Source of the DNA: a bacterium
GTDB taxonomy: Bacteria > Patescibacteriota > Microgenomatia > Levybacterales > UBA12049
NCBI GenBank assembly: GCA_021813145.1
Contig: JAKALS010000004.1
Location: 72,594-136,593 of the forward strand
Length of the DNA stretch: 64,000 bases
Direction: 5' to 3'
In this document: one piece after another, positions 30,696-40,538 of the stretch
Layout: every line of letters starts with the position of its first letter
How positions within the stretch are numbered: position 1 is the stretch's first letter
Made by a program: the position numbers and the translations under genes
Notes under the pieces: generated by a model
Told to the model about the DNA's origin: nothing
The model's input: only the letters and a program-made list of their open reading frames with translations
The model's database searches: none

Positions 30696-31563
30696 CCGTT
30701 CTGGCGTTTAAAGCTCTATATGTCAATTTTTCCAATTCTTGTACCACTCTTTCTCTCTTTTTCATAGATGCTCCCGTGTATGATTCGACAAAGCTTTGCG
30801 GAGAAGGGAAGTCTGAACCATTTAATCCTTTTTCACGAATCTGGTGAGTATAGAGTTCGAAGAAATCGTTAAATTTGCTGTCATATGCCGTAGCAAGTTT
30901 TTCCCTTAAGCCTTTTGCTATCCCCACCTGTCCCCTGGGAGAAGCACTCAAAAATCTATCTTCGAGTTTTTCTATCTCTGCTGCTACTTGGTCCTCATCT
31001 TTACCCATATTGGTTAAAGCTGTTCTCCAGGCGTCGGTATAGACGTCAAATCTTCTAAGAAGAAAATCTTCTGCCTCGGTTTTCATTTTTAAAGCCAATT
31101 CAACTTTTCTTGGTAGATTTGCGGAATCGAAAGCTGCTTTTCTGACATTAAATATTTCTGCTATTTCATCGTTAGATTTCCCGTTTGCTTCTATGAGAAG
31201 TTCATCGTAAAAACAAAGACTTTCCATAAAAACCGAATTAACCGAGCTTGTAACTCTTGTCCTTTCTTCCTCTAAAAAATCTTTTTGGTCACTTAATGAC
31301 AATTTATTGAATGCATACTCTCTCTCCGAGAGACTCATTTCTACTTCTTCAGGGATTCTACCCCTTCCTACTTGAAATGCTCTGTCAGCATTTTGGATGG
31401 CATTAAATCTTTCGACAGCATGCATATACCTGATTCTTTTAGATACTTCCACGCGAGGGAAAGCCGGAGCTTTATCGGGGGAAAAAGCTTTACCCGCTGT
31501 AATTAATGCTTCGCTAGGTGTATATGTAAAAGTCTCTATCGCCATAAAAAAACCTTTAAACAC
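30676..31563 (-). CDS. Hypothetical protein (295 aa, helical, acidic)
   Basis: No recognisable motif; 3' end overlaps recJ by 20 nt. Confidence 0.5.
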   Translation of the reverse strand: MFKGFFMAIETFTYTPSEALITAGKAFSPDKAPAFPRVEVSKRIRYMHAVERFNAIQNADRAFQVGRGRIPEEVEMSLSEREYAFNKLSLSDQKDFLEEERTRVTSSVNSVFMESLCFYDELLIEANGKSNDEIAEIFNVRKAAFDSANLPRKVELALKMKTEAEDFLLRRFDVYTDAWRTALTNMGKDEDQVAAEIEKLEDRFLSASPRGQVGIAKGLREKLATAYDSKFNDFFELYTHQIREKGLNGSDFPSPQSFVESYTGASMKKRERVVQELEKLTYRALNARTVSFPSA

Positions 31564-31690
31564 AACTTCAGTTGTGATTAAAGGATACTACTTAGTAATA
31601 AGCCTTAAACTATAAGTCATTACTATAAGATAATTTAATACTAACACTATTGAGGCTTCTTGTCAAGATTACTATTTTCAGGTATTATGT

Positions 31691-33052
31691 ATGGGCATGA
31701 CAGGTACAAAAAGGGTTTTATCTTCAGAGGCTACGCAGTTTATTGGAAAAGAAATAAGTATTTCGGGTTGGGTACGTATAAGACGTGATCACGGAAAACT
31801 TATTTTTTTGGATATAAGAGACAGAGAAGGAATAATTCAGGTTGTAGTAAATCCTAAGGTTTCGGAAGAGGCTTACAGGGAGGCGTTGGAATTAAAGCCC
31901 GAGTATGTAGTAACTATTGTAGGAAAAGTAAATAAAAGGCCTGAGACTGCAATAAATAAAGACATTATAAGCGGGACCGTAGAGCTAGAAGCTTTAAAAA
32001 TAAAAATAATTACAAAAGCCAAAATACTCCCCTTTGATATGGGCGGAAATGAGCTAAATCTTGAGCTTCCTACACTTTTAGACCACCGGGCTCTTACTTT
32101 AAGACATCCAAAAATTCAGGCAATCTTTAAGATTCAGGCAGTAATAATAGACAGTTTTAGGGAATACTTAAAAAAAGAGGGATTTTTTGAATTTCAAGCT
32201 CCTTCCATAGCGCCAGCTGTCGCCGAAGGGGGAGCAGAAGTTTTTCAAATAGATTATTTCGGCAATAAAGCTTATCTTTCACAAAGTCCTCAGCTATACA
32301 AACAGATTGTAATGTCGGCATTCGAAAGAGTCTTTTCGGTGAATAAAATTTTCAGGGCAGAGCCGAGCGTTACGACAAGACATTTGGCCGAAGTAATTTC
32401 CCTTGATGCGGAAATGGCATTTATAGATTCATGGACGGATGTTAAAGACATGGCGGAATCGGTAGTACGCTATATCCTTGAAAGAGTAGGGAAAGAATGC
32501 GGATCAGAGCTTAAACTTTATAACGCTGCTCTTCCGAAAATGATAGATAAAACTCCCGTTCTAAGCTTAAGAGAGGCACAAGAAAAAATATTTAAACATT
32601 CCAAAAGAGACGTGAGAAAAGATAAAGATTTAAATCCCGAAGATGAAAAAGAGATATGTGCGATTATAAAAGAAGAAACAGGTTCGGATTTTGTATTTAT
32701 CTACGGTTACCCTACAAAAAATAAACCTTTTTATGTTTATCCAAACCCTAAGGATCCCCAGTATAACGAAGGTATGGATTTATTATGCAGGGGTGTGGAG
32801 TGGTTATCGGGTGGAAGAAGAGTAAACGATTACGATCAATTAATGAATCATGTCAAAGAATGGAATATGGATCCTAAAAAAATCGCAATGTTTCTCGAGG
32901 CCTTTTCTTACGGGGTGCCTCCCGAGGGAGGATTTGCTTTCGGCGCGGAAAGAATGACTATGCAAATTTTAGAGCTCCAAAATGTCCGGGAGGCCAGTAT
33001 GTTCCCGAGAGATATGGAGAGAATCGATGAAAGGCTTTCCAAAGTTAAGTAG
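31691..33052 (+). CDS. aspS: Aspartate--tRNA ligase, archaeal/eukaryotic-type short form (possibly non-discriminating; AsnRS not excluded)
   Basis: Class II motif 2 'FRAEPSVTTRHLAEVISLDAEMAF', motif 3 'GFAFGAERMTM', OB-fold N-terminus. Confidence 0.65.
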   Translation: MGMTGTKRVLSSEATQFIGKEISISGWVRIRRDHGKLIFLDIRDREGIIQVVVNPKVSEEAYREALELKPEYVVTIVGKVNKRPETAINKDIISGTVELEALKIKIITKAKILPFDMGGNELNLELPTLLDHRALTLRHPKIQAIFKIQAVIIDSFREYLKKEGFFEFQAPSIAPAVAEGGAEVFQIDYFGNKAYLSQSPQLYKQIVMSAFERVFSVNKIFRAEPSVTTRHLAEVISLDAEMAFIDSWTDVKDMAESVVRYILERVGKECGSELKLYNAALPKMIDKTPVLSLREAQEKIFKHSKRDVRKDKDLNPEDEKEICAIIKEETGSDFVFIYGYPTKNKPFYVYPNPKDPQYNEGMDLLCRGVEWLSGGRRVNDYDQLMNHVKEWNMDPKKIAMFLEAFSYGVPPEGGFAFGAERMTMQILELQNVREASMFPRDMERIDERLSKVK

Positions 33053-33962
33053 TCTTAAAAAGAATTACTTACTTCTATCATTTTCATTTCTTGTAATACT
33101 ACTTCTGATTCTGCTTTTTTTAAGCGTTTATCTTAGGGTAAGAATAATAGAAGATACGGTTTTTCCCTCTTCTTTTGCAGTTTCTTCCGGGTTTAAGTTT
33201 CCTATCTTAAAAACCGAATTTATACCCGATATTTCCGCCCAGGGAGCAGTAATTATGGACGCCGATTCAAAAACTGTTTTATATTCCAAGAATCCCGAGT
33301 TGCGGTTTTCTCCCGCATCTACCACAAAAATAATGACTGCCTTAACTGCTCTTGAGTATTTTAAGACTACGGATATCTTAACGGTTAAAACAGCAACAGA
33401 TGACGGTTCTATTTTGGGGCTTAAAAAGGGTGAAAAAATGACCTTTCAGAATATGCTCTATGCAATGCTTTTGCCATCCGCAAACGATGCTGCTTTAGCA
33501 ATATCTCAAAATTATCCGGGTGGGGAAAAGGCTTTTGTTGCAAAAATGAACGATAACGCAAAAAAATTCAACCTTTATAATACCCACTATGAGGATCCGG
33601 CCGGACTTATGGACGACGGAGATTATACTACACCCGTAGACCTTGCGCGCCTTGCGTCGATAGCCATTAAAAACCCGGAATTTGCAAAAGTAGTTTCTAC
33701 GAAAGAAAAAGTTATAAGTGATATATCCGGAGCAAATGTCTATGACATTCAAAATCTTAACGAACTTTTAGGAGTTGACGGAATAGACGGTGTAAAAACC
33801 GGCTATACGGAAGAGGCCGGACAGGTCTTAGTTACGTCAAAGCTGGAAAACGGACACACTATAATAATGGTTGTGATGTTGAGTCAGGACAGATTTGCGG
33901 ATACCGAAAAACTTCTTAACCTTGTTTCGGGGAATATTACTTATTTACCCATACATCCGTAA
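33027..33962 (+). CDS. D-alanyl-D-alanine carboxypeptidase (S11, PBP5/DacA-like)
   Basis: SxxK 'SPASTTKIMTA', SxN 'LPSANDAA', KTG 'KTGYT'; start placed at ATG 33027 (ORF-track start lies inside aspS). Confidence 0.8.
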   Translation: MKGFPKLSSLKKNYLLLSFSFLVILLLILLFLSVYLRVRIIEDTVFPSSFAVSSGFKFPILKTEFIPDISAQGAVIMDADSKTVLYSKNPELRFSPASTTKIMTALTALEYFKTTDILTVKTATDDGSILGLKKGEKMTFQNMLYAMLLPSANDAALAISQNYPGGEKAFVAKMNDNAKKFNLYNTHYEDPAGLMDDGDYTTPVDLARLASIAIKNPEFAKVVSTKEKVISDISGANVYDIQNLNELLGVDGIDGVKTGYTEEAGQVLVTSKLENGHTIIMVVMLSQDRFADTEKLLNLVSGNITYLPIHP

Positions 33963-35019
33963 CAAGAGGAACATAGGCATAAAAACCGTTGTCTCCAGAA
34001 AAAACAGCAATAGGCATAAGATAGTCCTGTTTTTTATCCCCTATGTAATATCCGAGAGCAACATTTCTTATCGAAATGTAATCGCTGTTTCCAAAGTAAG
34101 AAGCTATATATCCTTTACCTTGTTTTAATTCATCAAATGCCTGTTGTGCTGTTTTTATAGGATAGGTAGCATAAGTTGAAGAGATGGTTTGATGATAAAA
34201 ATTTACCTGTGCCACTTGAGGTTGGTCTTGTCCTGCAACTACAAGAACATTCATTGTAGAATTTATTGCCTTCGGATAATAAATCGGAAGCTTATCTACA
34301 TCTTTTTGGAAGAAATCAACTTCAATAACCTGCGTATTTGAAATGCTGGATGCAGTTGTAAGGGTATTATTATTTATGGAATAAATGAAAGTTTGCGTTT
34401 TTGATGTATCTATATCGGATGGAAAAGAATCCATACCTGAAAGGAAACTCTCTGCCACACTGATAGCTCCATTTTGATCGGGAAGGTTTCCGGCCGCCTG
34501 AACAGTAGGATCGGTCATAAAAGAAGAAGAAAGGTTAAAGTTTAGAGAAAAAATGTTCATTGTTATGGTGCGGTTGAGTGGTCCGTTATCTTCCCACTGG
34601 TACACCTGGTTGGAAACAGGCACCTCTGCGGAATTAAATCCTACTGCTGCAACGCTGCTTCTTGCTTTATTAAGAGCCAAGAGATCCGGAGCTTTGGAAA
34701 CCATTTTGTAAACTTTTAACCTGTCGGGAAAAACCGGCAAGATTCCCGTAACGGTGTCGAGGGAATACGTAAAGCTTTTACCACTGGCATTGGCCGGAAA
34801 GGATATTGTAGGCAGTTTATTAAAGGAAACTGTCGGAGGGGGCGGAGGTGTAGGAAAAAACGTGTTTTTAAAGTAAGAAATAAGTCTTACCGAGATTACG
34901 GCTAAAAAAAGTAAGACTATTATTATTGCACCCCATTTAATAAATGTTCTTGTTTCGGCAGTAGCCTGACTTAATGTCAGCATATATTGAGTATAGGAAA
35001 ATTTTAAGCTACAATGCAA
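33937..35019 (-). CDS. Hypothetical secreted protein with N-terminal TM anchor and poly-Pro linker
   Basis: 360 aa; 'PTPPPPPTVSF' after the TM helix; no recognised domain. Confidence 0.5.
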   Translation of the reverse strand: MHCSLKFSYTQYMLTLSQATAETRTFIKWGAIIIVLLFLAVISVRLISYFKNTFFPTPPPPPTVSFNKLPTISFPANASGKSFTYSLDTVTGILPVFPDRLKVYKMVSKAPDLLALNKARSSVAAVGFNSAEVPVSNQVYQWEDNGPLNRTITMNIFSLNFNLSSSFMTDPTVQAAGNLPDQNGAISVAESFLSGMDSFPSDIDTSKTQTFIYSINNNTLTTASSISNTQVIEVDFFQKDVDKLPIYYPKAINSTMNVLVVAGQDQPQVAQVNFYHQTISSTYATYPIKTAQQAFDELKQGKGYIASYFGNSDYISIRNVALGYYIGDKKQDYLMPIAVFSGDNGFYAYVPLVTDVWVNK

Positions 35020-36285
35020 GAGACGTCAGCTATGAAAGAAAACTCAAAAGTGAAAGTAAGATTTGCCCCGAGTCCCACGGGAATACCGCATATAGGAAAT
35101 ACAAGGACGGCTCTTTTTAATTTTTTGTTTGCAAAGCACAACGGAGGCGAATTCATATTAAGGATTGAGGATACCGATCAAAAACGAATTGTAAATGGTG
35201 CTAAGGAGGCTATATTTGAGATTCTTCAATGGTTGGGAATAAAACACGACGGAGAGGTTGTTTACCAGTCTCAAAGACTCGATTTGTATAGAAAATATGT
35301 TCAAGAGCTTTTGGACAAAAAAATTGCGCATGAAAAGGAAGGAGCTATTTGGATAAAGGTTCCCGAAGAAGAAAAATTCGAATGGGAAGATAAGGTAGGA
35401 AATAAAAAAATTTCCTTTGTTGGAAAAGATGTTGATGAATTTGTAATCTTGAAATCCGACGGTTATCCAACGTATCATCTTGCAAATGTTATTGATGATC
35501 ACTTGATGGAAATTACTCATGTAATAAGGGGTGAAGAATGGATTTCTTCGACTCCGAAACACATATATCTATATCGGGTATTCGGCTGGGACAGACCTCA
35601 TTTTGCACATCTTCCGGTTATTCTTGGTCCCGATAAGACAAAACTTTCAAAAAGACACGGCGCAAAATCCGCGCTTGATTACAAAGCAGAAGGTTATCTT
35701 CCGGAGGCGTTGATTAATTTTATGGCGCTTTTAGGTTGGAATCCGGGAGGGGATCAAGAACAATTTTCCTTTGAGGAGATGATTAAATTGTTTAAACTGG
35801 AAGACATAAATACCGCTAATCCTGTTTTTGATATCAAAAAACTCGATTGGTTAAATGGCTTATGGATTAGGACTCTGGACGAGAAGGGAAAGCTGAAAGA
35901 AGAACTCGAAGAGTTCTATGCAGGGAATAAAAGGATGGAAAGGGAACTAAAAGGAGAAAAATCAAAAATAATGATTAAGGCATCTGCTTCACGAATGAAG
36001 ACTCTTTCGGATTTTCAATCTTTAATAAATTTAAAAAGACAAAGATATTTAACGGAAAAAGAAAAAGAAACGGCATTAAAACTTTTAGATTTTCTGAAGA
36101 AAAAATTAGGTGATAAATGGGAAAATGAAAAACTGCTTCTGGCAATGAAGGACTTTAGTAAAAGCGAAGGAATTCCTTTTAAAACTATTTATTTTCTTAT
36201 GTCGGGGAAAGAACAGGGAATAGGATTATTGGAATTAAACGAAATATACGGAAAAGAATTTTTTATTAAAAATCTTAAAGGATGA
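35014..36285 (+). CDS. gltX: Glutamate--tRNA ligase (short C-terminus)
   Basis: HIGH 'PSPTGIPHIGN', 'KLSKRHG' KMSKS variant. Confidence 0.85.
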   Translation: MQETSAMKENSKVKVRFAPSPTGIPHIGNTRTALFNFLFAKHNGGEFILRIEDTDQKRIVNGAKEAIFEILQWLGIKHDGEVVYQSQRLDLYRKYVQELLDKKIAHEKEGAIWIKVPEEEKFEWEDKVGNKKISFVGKDVDEFVILKSDGYPTYHLANVIDDHLMEITHVIRGEEWISSTPKHIYLYRVFGWDRPHFAHLPVILGPDKTKLSKRHGAKSALDYKAEGYLPEALINFMALLGWNPGGDQEQFSFEEMIKLFKLEDINTANPVFDIKKLDWLNGLWIRTLDEKGKLKEELEEFYAGNKRMERELKGEKSKIMIKASASRMKTLSDFQSLINLKRQRYLTEKEKETALKLLDFLKKKLGDKWENEKLLLAMKDFSKSEGIPFKTIYFLMSGKEQGIGLLELNEIYGKEFFIKNLKG

Positions 36286-36872
36286 GTAAATTTATAGCAG
36301 AGTTTATTTCAGTTATTCTCAATCCACTTGTTCTTCTTGTGCCTTTGCCGTTTTTTCTTGTTTATGAAACAGGAGGAAGTTTGGCAAGCTCCATTCTTTG
36401 GACGATTATAACATTTCTCTTTATTTTTTTATTTTTTGTTTTTATACTTTTCGGTATCTGGAGAGGATTTTTTTCTGATCTTGACGTTTCCAGAAGAAAA
36501 CAAAGACCTCTTTTATTCCTGGTTGCAATACTTTTAACTTTAGTTTATATATCAATCCTTTTTATTTTTCATGCTCCCGTAATCCTTTATATTGCCGCTG
36601 TTTCTGTTATGGCGGGGCTTGGAGCGGTGGATATGGTGAATTCTGTTATAAAAGCAAGCGTGCACCTTGCTACGCTTTCTGCTGTTTCCACTTTTTTAGT
36701 AATAGTAGAAGGTTGGCCTTTTCTTTTCGCATATTTACTTATTCCGGTTCTTGCTTGGTCTAGGATTAAGACTAAAAATCATACCCCGAAAGAAACAGCC
36801 CTGGGAACAAGTCTTGGAATTCTGTTTACTTTAACGGTTTATGTTATATTTAAATATATAATTCATGTTTAA
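36282..36872 (+). CDS. Hypothetical integral membrane protein
   Basis: 196 aa, five or six TM helices. Confidence 0.5.
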   Translation: MSKFIAEFISVILNPLVLLVPLPFFLVYETGGSLASSILWTIITFLFIFLFFVFILFGIWRGFFSDLDVSRRKQRPLLFLVAILLTLVYISILFIFHAPVILYIAAVSVMAGLGAVDMVNSVIKASVHLATLSAVSTFLVIVEGWPFLFAYLLIPVLAWSRIKTKNHTPKETALGTSLGILFTLTVYVIFKYIIHV

Positions 36873-37227
36873 CAATTTAATAAAATCTTTTGGTTACGCA
36901 TTCCAGGGAATATATTTCGCCTTTAAATACAACAGAAATATCAGGATTCATTTTGCTGCCGCAATTCTGGTTATTATTGCCAGCATTATTTTAAAAGTTA
37001 ATGCTTTTGAGATGGGAATTTTGGGAATAATGATACTTTTGGTTATTTGTACGGAGATGATAAATACGGCAATAGAAGAAGTTGTAAATCTTTTAGTAAA
37101 TGAGCATAGAAAAGAGGCAAAAATAGCAAAAGATGTTTCTGCGGGAATGGTTTTACTTACCGCAATGGGTTCTGTTATAGTAGGAATCCTTATATTCGTT
37201 CCTCATATTTTAAAATTTTTCAGATAA
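36865..37227 (+). CDS. dgkA: Diacylglycerol/undecaprenol kinase DgkA family
   Basis: 'FGYAFQGI', 'RIHFAAA', 'EMINTAIEEVVNL'. Confidence 0.8.
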   Translation: MFNNLIKSFGYAFQGIYFAFKYNRNIRIHFAAAILVIIASIILKVNAFEMGILGIMILLVICTEMINTAIEEVVNLLVNEHRKEAKIAKDVSAGMVLLTAMGSVIVGILIFVPHILKFFR

Positions 37228-37229
37228 AC

Positions 37230-38207
37230 TTATGTCTTTTTTAGCTCGCCATGAGTATAGAGCCATGCAAGTTGGCTTTTTACCTGTTGTAGTGTGACTT
37301 CCTGTCCTAATTCTTCGCTTAACAATCTCGCAATTTCTGTTCTTTCCGGTCGTTTATTCTTGGGAAGACGCATGTATCTTTTAACTCCTTCGCGAATCTT
37401 CGCAAATCCTTTCCCAGTGTAGTAAGGGGTCCTTTCGAACACCATTCTACGGTCAACCACCCTTATTCTTCTGGCTCCGGTCATTCTGCCAACAACACTT
37501 CTTACCTGCTCTTTTGTAAATACCGTACTTTCCGCAATCTCGTTTACATTCATATTTTCTCTCAACTCTATTATCTGTTTTGCTTTTTCTTCAAATCGTT
37601 GGCTTTGTACCTTTCCCCTCGGATCCGGCTCAATAAGTTTTAACGCGATAAGCTTGCTTCTTATTCTACCTATTTTCCCCTGGTCAATACCTATTTCTTT
37701 TTCCATATATGAATAACTTTTTCCGAGTTTGCTTAGTCTGAATACATCTAAAACATTTGGTTGGCTTAATAAATCTCGTATTCTGTCATCCCGGTCAATT
37801 TTCTCAACCGACTCCATGGACATGTCAAATTCTTCCGCTGTTTTCCAAACCGTGTGCCCCCTTTTTAAAAGTTTTTGCACTCTTAGCCTGAATAAAGGGT
37901 GAAGCTCTTGATAACGGTTATAAAAATCGCTGTATCTTTGTGTTTGTTTGTTATCCTGCAAAACATTATCGACAATAGCATCAGGGTTATCTCTTATTTC
38001 TCCGAATTCTTTTAAGGGTCCAAAAGATCCGGTTTCATGCCAGACAAAAAAATAAAAGAGTGCCTGCCTGTCTTTATGAGAAAAATTAAATCTGTCGAGG
38101 ATATTTACTGCAAGAGCTTGATCCTCACTAAGTTTAAATCCGGCTAGGCTCTTTTTAAGAGACGGAGAAAACTGTTCCGGATTAAGGGTTTCGCTTTTTT
38201 GAGGCAT
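37230..38207 (-). CDS. Hypothetical DNA-binding protein with sigma-70 region-4-like HTH motifs
   Basis: 'SYMEKEIGIDQGKIGRIRSKLIALKL' and 'NEIAESTVFTKEQVRSVVGRM' HTH-like segments; 325 aa. Confidence 0.45.
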   Translation of the reverse strand: MPQKSETLNPEQFSPSLKKSLAGFKLSEDQALAVNILDRFNFSHKDRQALFYFFVWHETGSFGPLKEFGEIRDNPDAIVDNVLQDNKQTQRYSDFYNRYQELHPLFRLRVQKLLKRGHTVWKTAEEFDMSMESVEKIDRDDRIRDLLSQPNVLDVFRLSKLGKSYSYMEKEIGIDQGKIGRIRSKLIALKLIEPDPRGKVQSQRFEEKAKQIIELRENMNVNEIAESTVFTKEQVRSVVGRMTGARRIRVVDRRMVFERTPYYTGKGFAKIREGVKRYMRLPKNKRPERTEIARLLSEELGQEVTLQQVKSQLAWLYTHGELKKT

Positions 38208-38217
38208 AAGAATTGAG

Positions 38218-38226
38218 ATTATACCA
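38218..38226 (-). promoter_or_regulatory. Extended -10 box (TGGTATAAT) 10 nt upstream of the ATG at 38207; probable leaderless transcript
   Basis: Minus-strand TGGTATAAT-CTCAATTCTT-ATG, no SD. Confidence 0.4.
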
Positions 38227-38305
38227 TAGCTGTGAAAGAATGAAGTAGGTGTGTTTCCCTCGATTTCTCACTACAGCCGTAAGTGAGCGTAGCGAGTTGA
38301 ATCGG

Positions 38306-38376
38306 CTACGGGACTTGGATTCGAACCAAAATGAATGGATTCAAAATCCACGATCCTACCATTAGATGATCCTGCA
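38306..38376 (-). tRNA. tRNA-Gln (anticodon UUG)
   Basis: Hand-folded cloverleaf: acceptor TGCAGGA/TCCCGTA (one A-C mismatch), U8, D-stem ATCT/GGAT with AATGGTA loop, anticodon stem GTGGA/TCCAT with loop TTTTGAA, T-arm TTTGG-TTCGAAT-CCAAG, U1-A72 and discriminator G73 typical of tRNA-Gln; CCA not encoded. Confidence 0.7.
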
Positions 38377-38449
38377 ATACGCCCAAATTATATCAAAAGA
38401 CGAATAAGTTTGCCCATTTACATTAGCTAAGCCTTGCCTTAACTGTTGG

Positions 38450-38458
38450 TGCTATAAT
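38450..38458 (+). promoter_or_regulatory. Extended -10 box (TGCTATAAT) 8 nt upstream of the methyltransferase ATG; probable leaderless transcript
   Basis: TGCTATAAT-TTTAGAAT-ATG on the plus strand. Confidence 0.4.
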
Positions 38459-38466
38459 TTTAGAAT

Positions 38467-39072
38467 ATGTTTGGCCTTGGAGATATTATTTTAATAAGTT
38501 GGGCGGTTTATCTTTTTTATTGGATTATTAATTGGAAAAAAGTAAAGCCCTCTAAGGAGAAGAAATTCGATCTGGCCCGTTATCGTGCTTTAGGAATTAT
38601 ATTCGTAATTGTTATTATCGTAGTTTCCAAAAAATTTAACCTTTTGGCTTCGTGCAGGGCAAGTTCTTCGGGATGTATATATAGCAATATTTTCTCGCCT
38701 CAACATGCTTTATTTGCATTGCAACTTATCGGCGTTTTATTAACGGTTACCGGAGTAGTGATTGCCGTATTGGCAAGAAGAACTTTGGCCGATAACTGGA
38801 GTAATACAGTTGAGCTGAAAAAAGGACACGAGCTTGTGACAAAAGGTGTTTACGGTTATGTCAGGCACCCCATATATTTAGGAATCTGGCTTATGGCTTT
38901 AGGTACAGTCATGTATGTTCAGTCCGTAATCGTTTTTCTTATTTTCCTTTTTTTATTCGGAGTCTTTGCATTGAGAATAGGGGAGGAGGAAAAATTAATG
39001 ACGCAGACTTTCCCCAAAGAATACCCAGAATACAAGAAGCGAGTTAAGACCATTATTCCTTTTATCTGGTAA
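38467..39072 (+). CDS. Isoprenylcysteine carboxyl methyltransferase (ICMT/PEMT) family membrane methyltransferase
   Basis: 'ELVTKGVYGYVRHPIYLGIWLMALG' ICMT signature; multiple TM helices. Confidence 0.75.
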   Translation: MFGLGDIILISWAVYLFYWIINWKKVKPSKEKKFDLARYRALGIIFVIVIIVVSKKFNLLASCRASSSGCIYSNIFSPQHALFALQLIGVLLTVTGVVIAVLARRTLADNWSNTVELKKGHELVTKGVYGYVRHPIYLGIWLMALGTVMYVQSVIVFLIFLFLFGVFALRIGEEEKLMTQTFPKEYPEYKKRVKTIIPFIW

Positions 39073-39121
39073 AATAATACAGCCCAAAAACTACTGGGGT
39101 TCTTGGTTTTAGTTTTGTTAC

Positions 39122-39337
39122 TTGCATTCGGAGACTAATATAACTTTTGGAAATGTTGTGAGCGAAAACTCAGATTCTTATTCCCAAATGTTTTATTATT
39201 CGGTGCCCAAAAAGCCGGGAGGGGTCAAAGGAGCTTTGCTGGAGCTAGTTGAAGATTTCCGAACCGCAAACTGGTTAGAAATCGTCAAGTATCCAGAGTT
39301 AGTTTATCAACAAACTAACAAATATCTTTATTCTTAG
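39122..39337 (+). CDS. Small hypothetical protein (71 aa)
   Basis: ORF only; no SD recognised. Confidence 0.3.
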   Translation: MHSETNITFGNVVSENSDSYSQMFYYSVPKKPGGVKGALLELVEDFRTANWLEIVKYPELVYQQTNKYLYS

Positions 39338-39870
39338 GCTAACTTAAATGTCGATACCAAATCCCATTTGTGATTGTCTTTAGATGAGAATAAAGAAAAA
39401 GAATCAATTTTAATTTTATACTTAGGGTTATAATTTGATAGTTCTTGTTTACATTTTTCAAGTTCCGCCTTAGGAATGCTCTCTCCAATTGTAGCGTGAG
39501 GTATATAATTGTCTAATTCAAATTTGGGTTCTTCAACATCTTTAATAAAATCTTTTAATTTTAGAGCAATTAGTTTATGCAAATTTTTAATTTTATCAAT
39601 GTTTTTGATGGCAATAAAAATAACACCATTTGCTGAATTTTCAAAGTAACCCAAACCATTAGTTTCAATTTCAAAAGTATTAGTGCTTAATGCTATTTCA
39701 TTAAGAATTTCTGTAATCCTTTTTATAGAGACTAATAACATAAAAGGCATTTTCAGTGTAATATGAGGAACAATATCATAGATTGATTTGTTATATTTAT
39801 TTCTTAATACTGACAACTCGTTGGAAATAACATCTGGGAAAGTTAAAACTATTGCAAATTGCTCGTCCAT
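39334..39870 (-). CDS. 2H phosphoesterase (LigT-like 2'-5' RNA ligase/cyclic phosphodiesterase family)
   Basis: Two H-x-T/S-x motifs: 'VPHITLKMPF' and 'IPHATIGES'; 178 aa. Confidence 0.7.
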   Translation of the reverse strand: MDEQFAIVLTFPDVISNELSVLRNKYNKSIYDIVPHITLKMPFMLLVSIKRITEILNEIALSTNTFEIETNGLGYFENSANGVIFIAIKNIDKIKNLHKLIALKLKDFIKDVEEPKFELDNYIPHATIGESIPKAELEKCKQELSNYNPKYKIKIDSFSLFSSKDNHKWDLVSTFKLA

Positions 39871-39962
39871 AAAATGATTATATCAAATGAGGTTAAAGTT
39901 CGAATCAAGTCAGCGGTTGCACAGTTTGATGTAGTTTTTAGAGGGGTGATATAATCTCAGAC

Positions 39963-40538
39963 ATGGACGTATATTACAAAAAGGAAATAACATATCCCTT
40001 CGCTGGGCAAAAATTTGTATTTGATATTGGAGAAACTTTATTTTCCACATTTGCAGTTGATCATGGTACTGACATACTTATTCGTGCCCTTGTTACTAGT
40101 AGTCCTAAGAGCATCCTTGATTTAGGTTGTGGTTATGGACCACTTGGAATAATCCTTGCAAAAAATAATCCAAAAGCTGAAGTCACGATGGTTGATCGTG
40201 ATTTACTTGCTGTTAGATATACCAAATTCAATATTGAAAAAAATAATGTCTCTAATGCAATCGCAATGGGAAGCCTTGGGGTGGAAGAAGTAAAAGACAA
40301 AAAATTTGATCTGATAGTGTCAAATATCCCAGCAAAAATTGGCGATGATGCAATTGCGCAAGAATTTATTCTGCAACCCTATGAACAACTCAATCCAGGT
40401 GGTGAATATTGGTTTGTAGTTGTAAGTGCATTAAACCGTCTAATTCCTAAATTAAACCCGAAGTACAAACTGAATATTGAGTATATTAGAAAAAGAAGTG
40501 GTCACACCGTATACAAAATCAGGAAGCCTGAAAATTAA
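39963..40538 (+). CDS. Class I SAM-dependent methyltransferase (MTS/RsmC-like small domain)
   Basis: 'ILDLGCGYGPLGIILA' motif I, 'FDLIVSNIP' motif IV-like. Confidence 0.7.
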   Translation: MDVYYKKEITYPFAGQKFVFDIGETLFSTFAVDHGTDILIRALVTSSPKSILDLGCGYGPLGIILAKNNPKAEVTMVDRDLLAVRYTKFNIEKNNVSNAIAMGSLGVEEVKDKKFDLIVSNIPAKIGDDAIAQEFILQPYEQLNPGGEYWFVVVSALNRLIPKLNPKYKLNIEYIRKRSGHTVYKIRKPEN

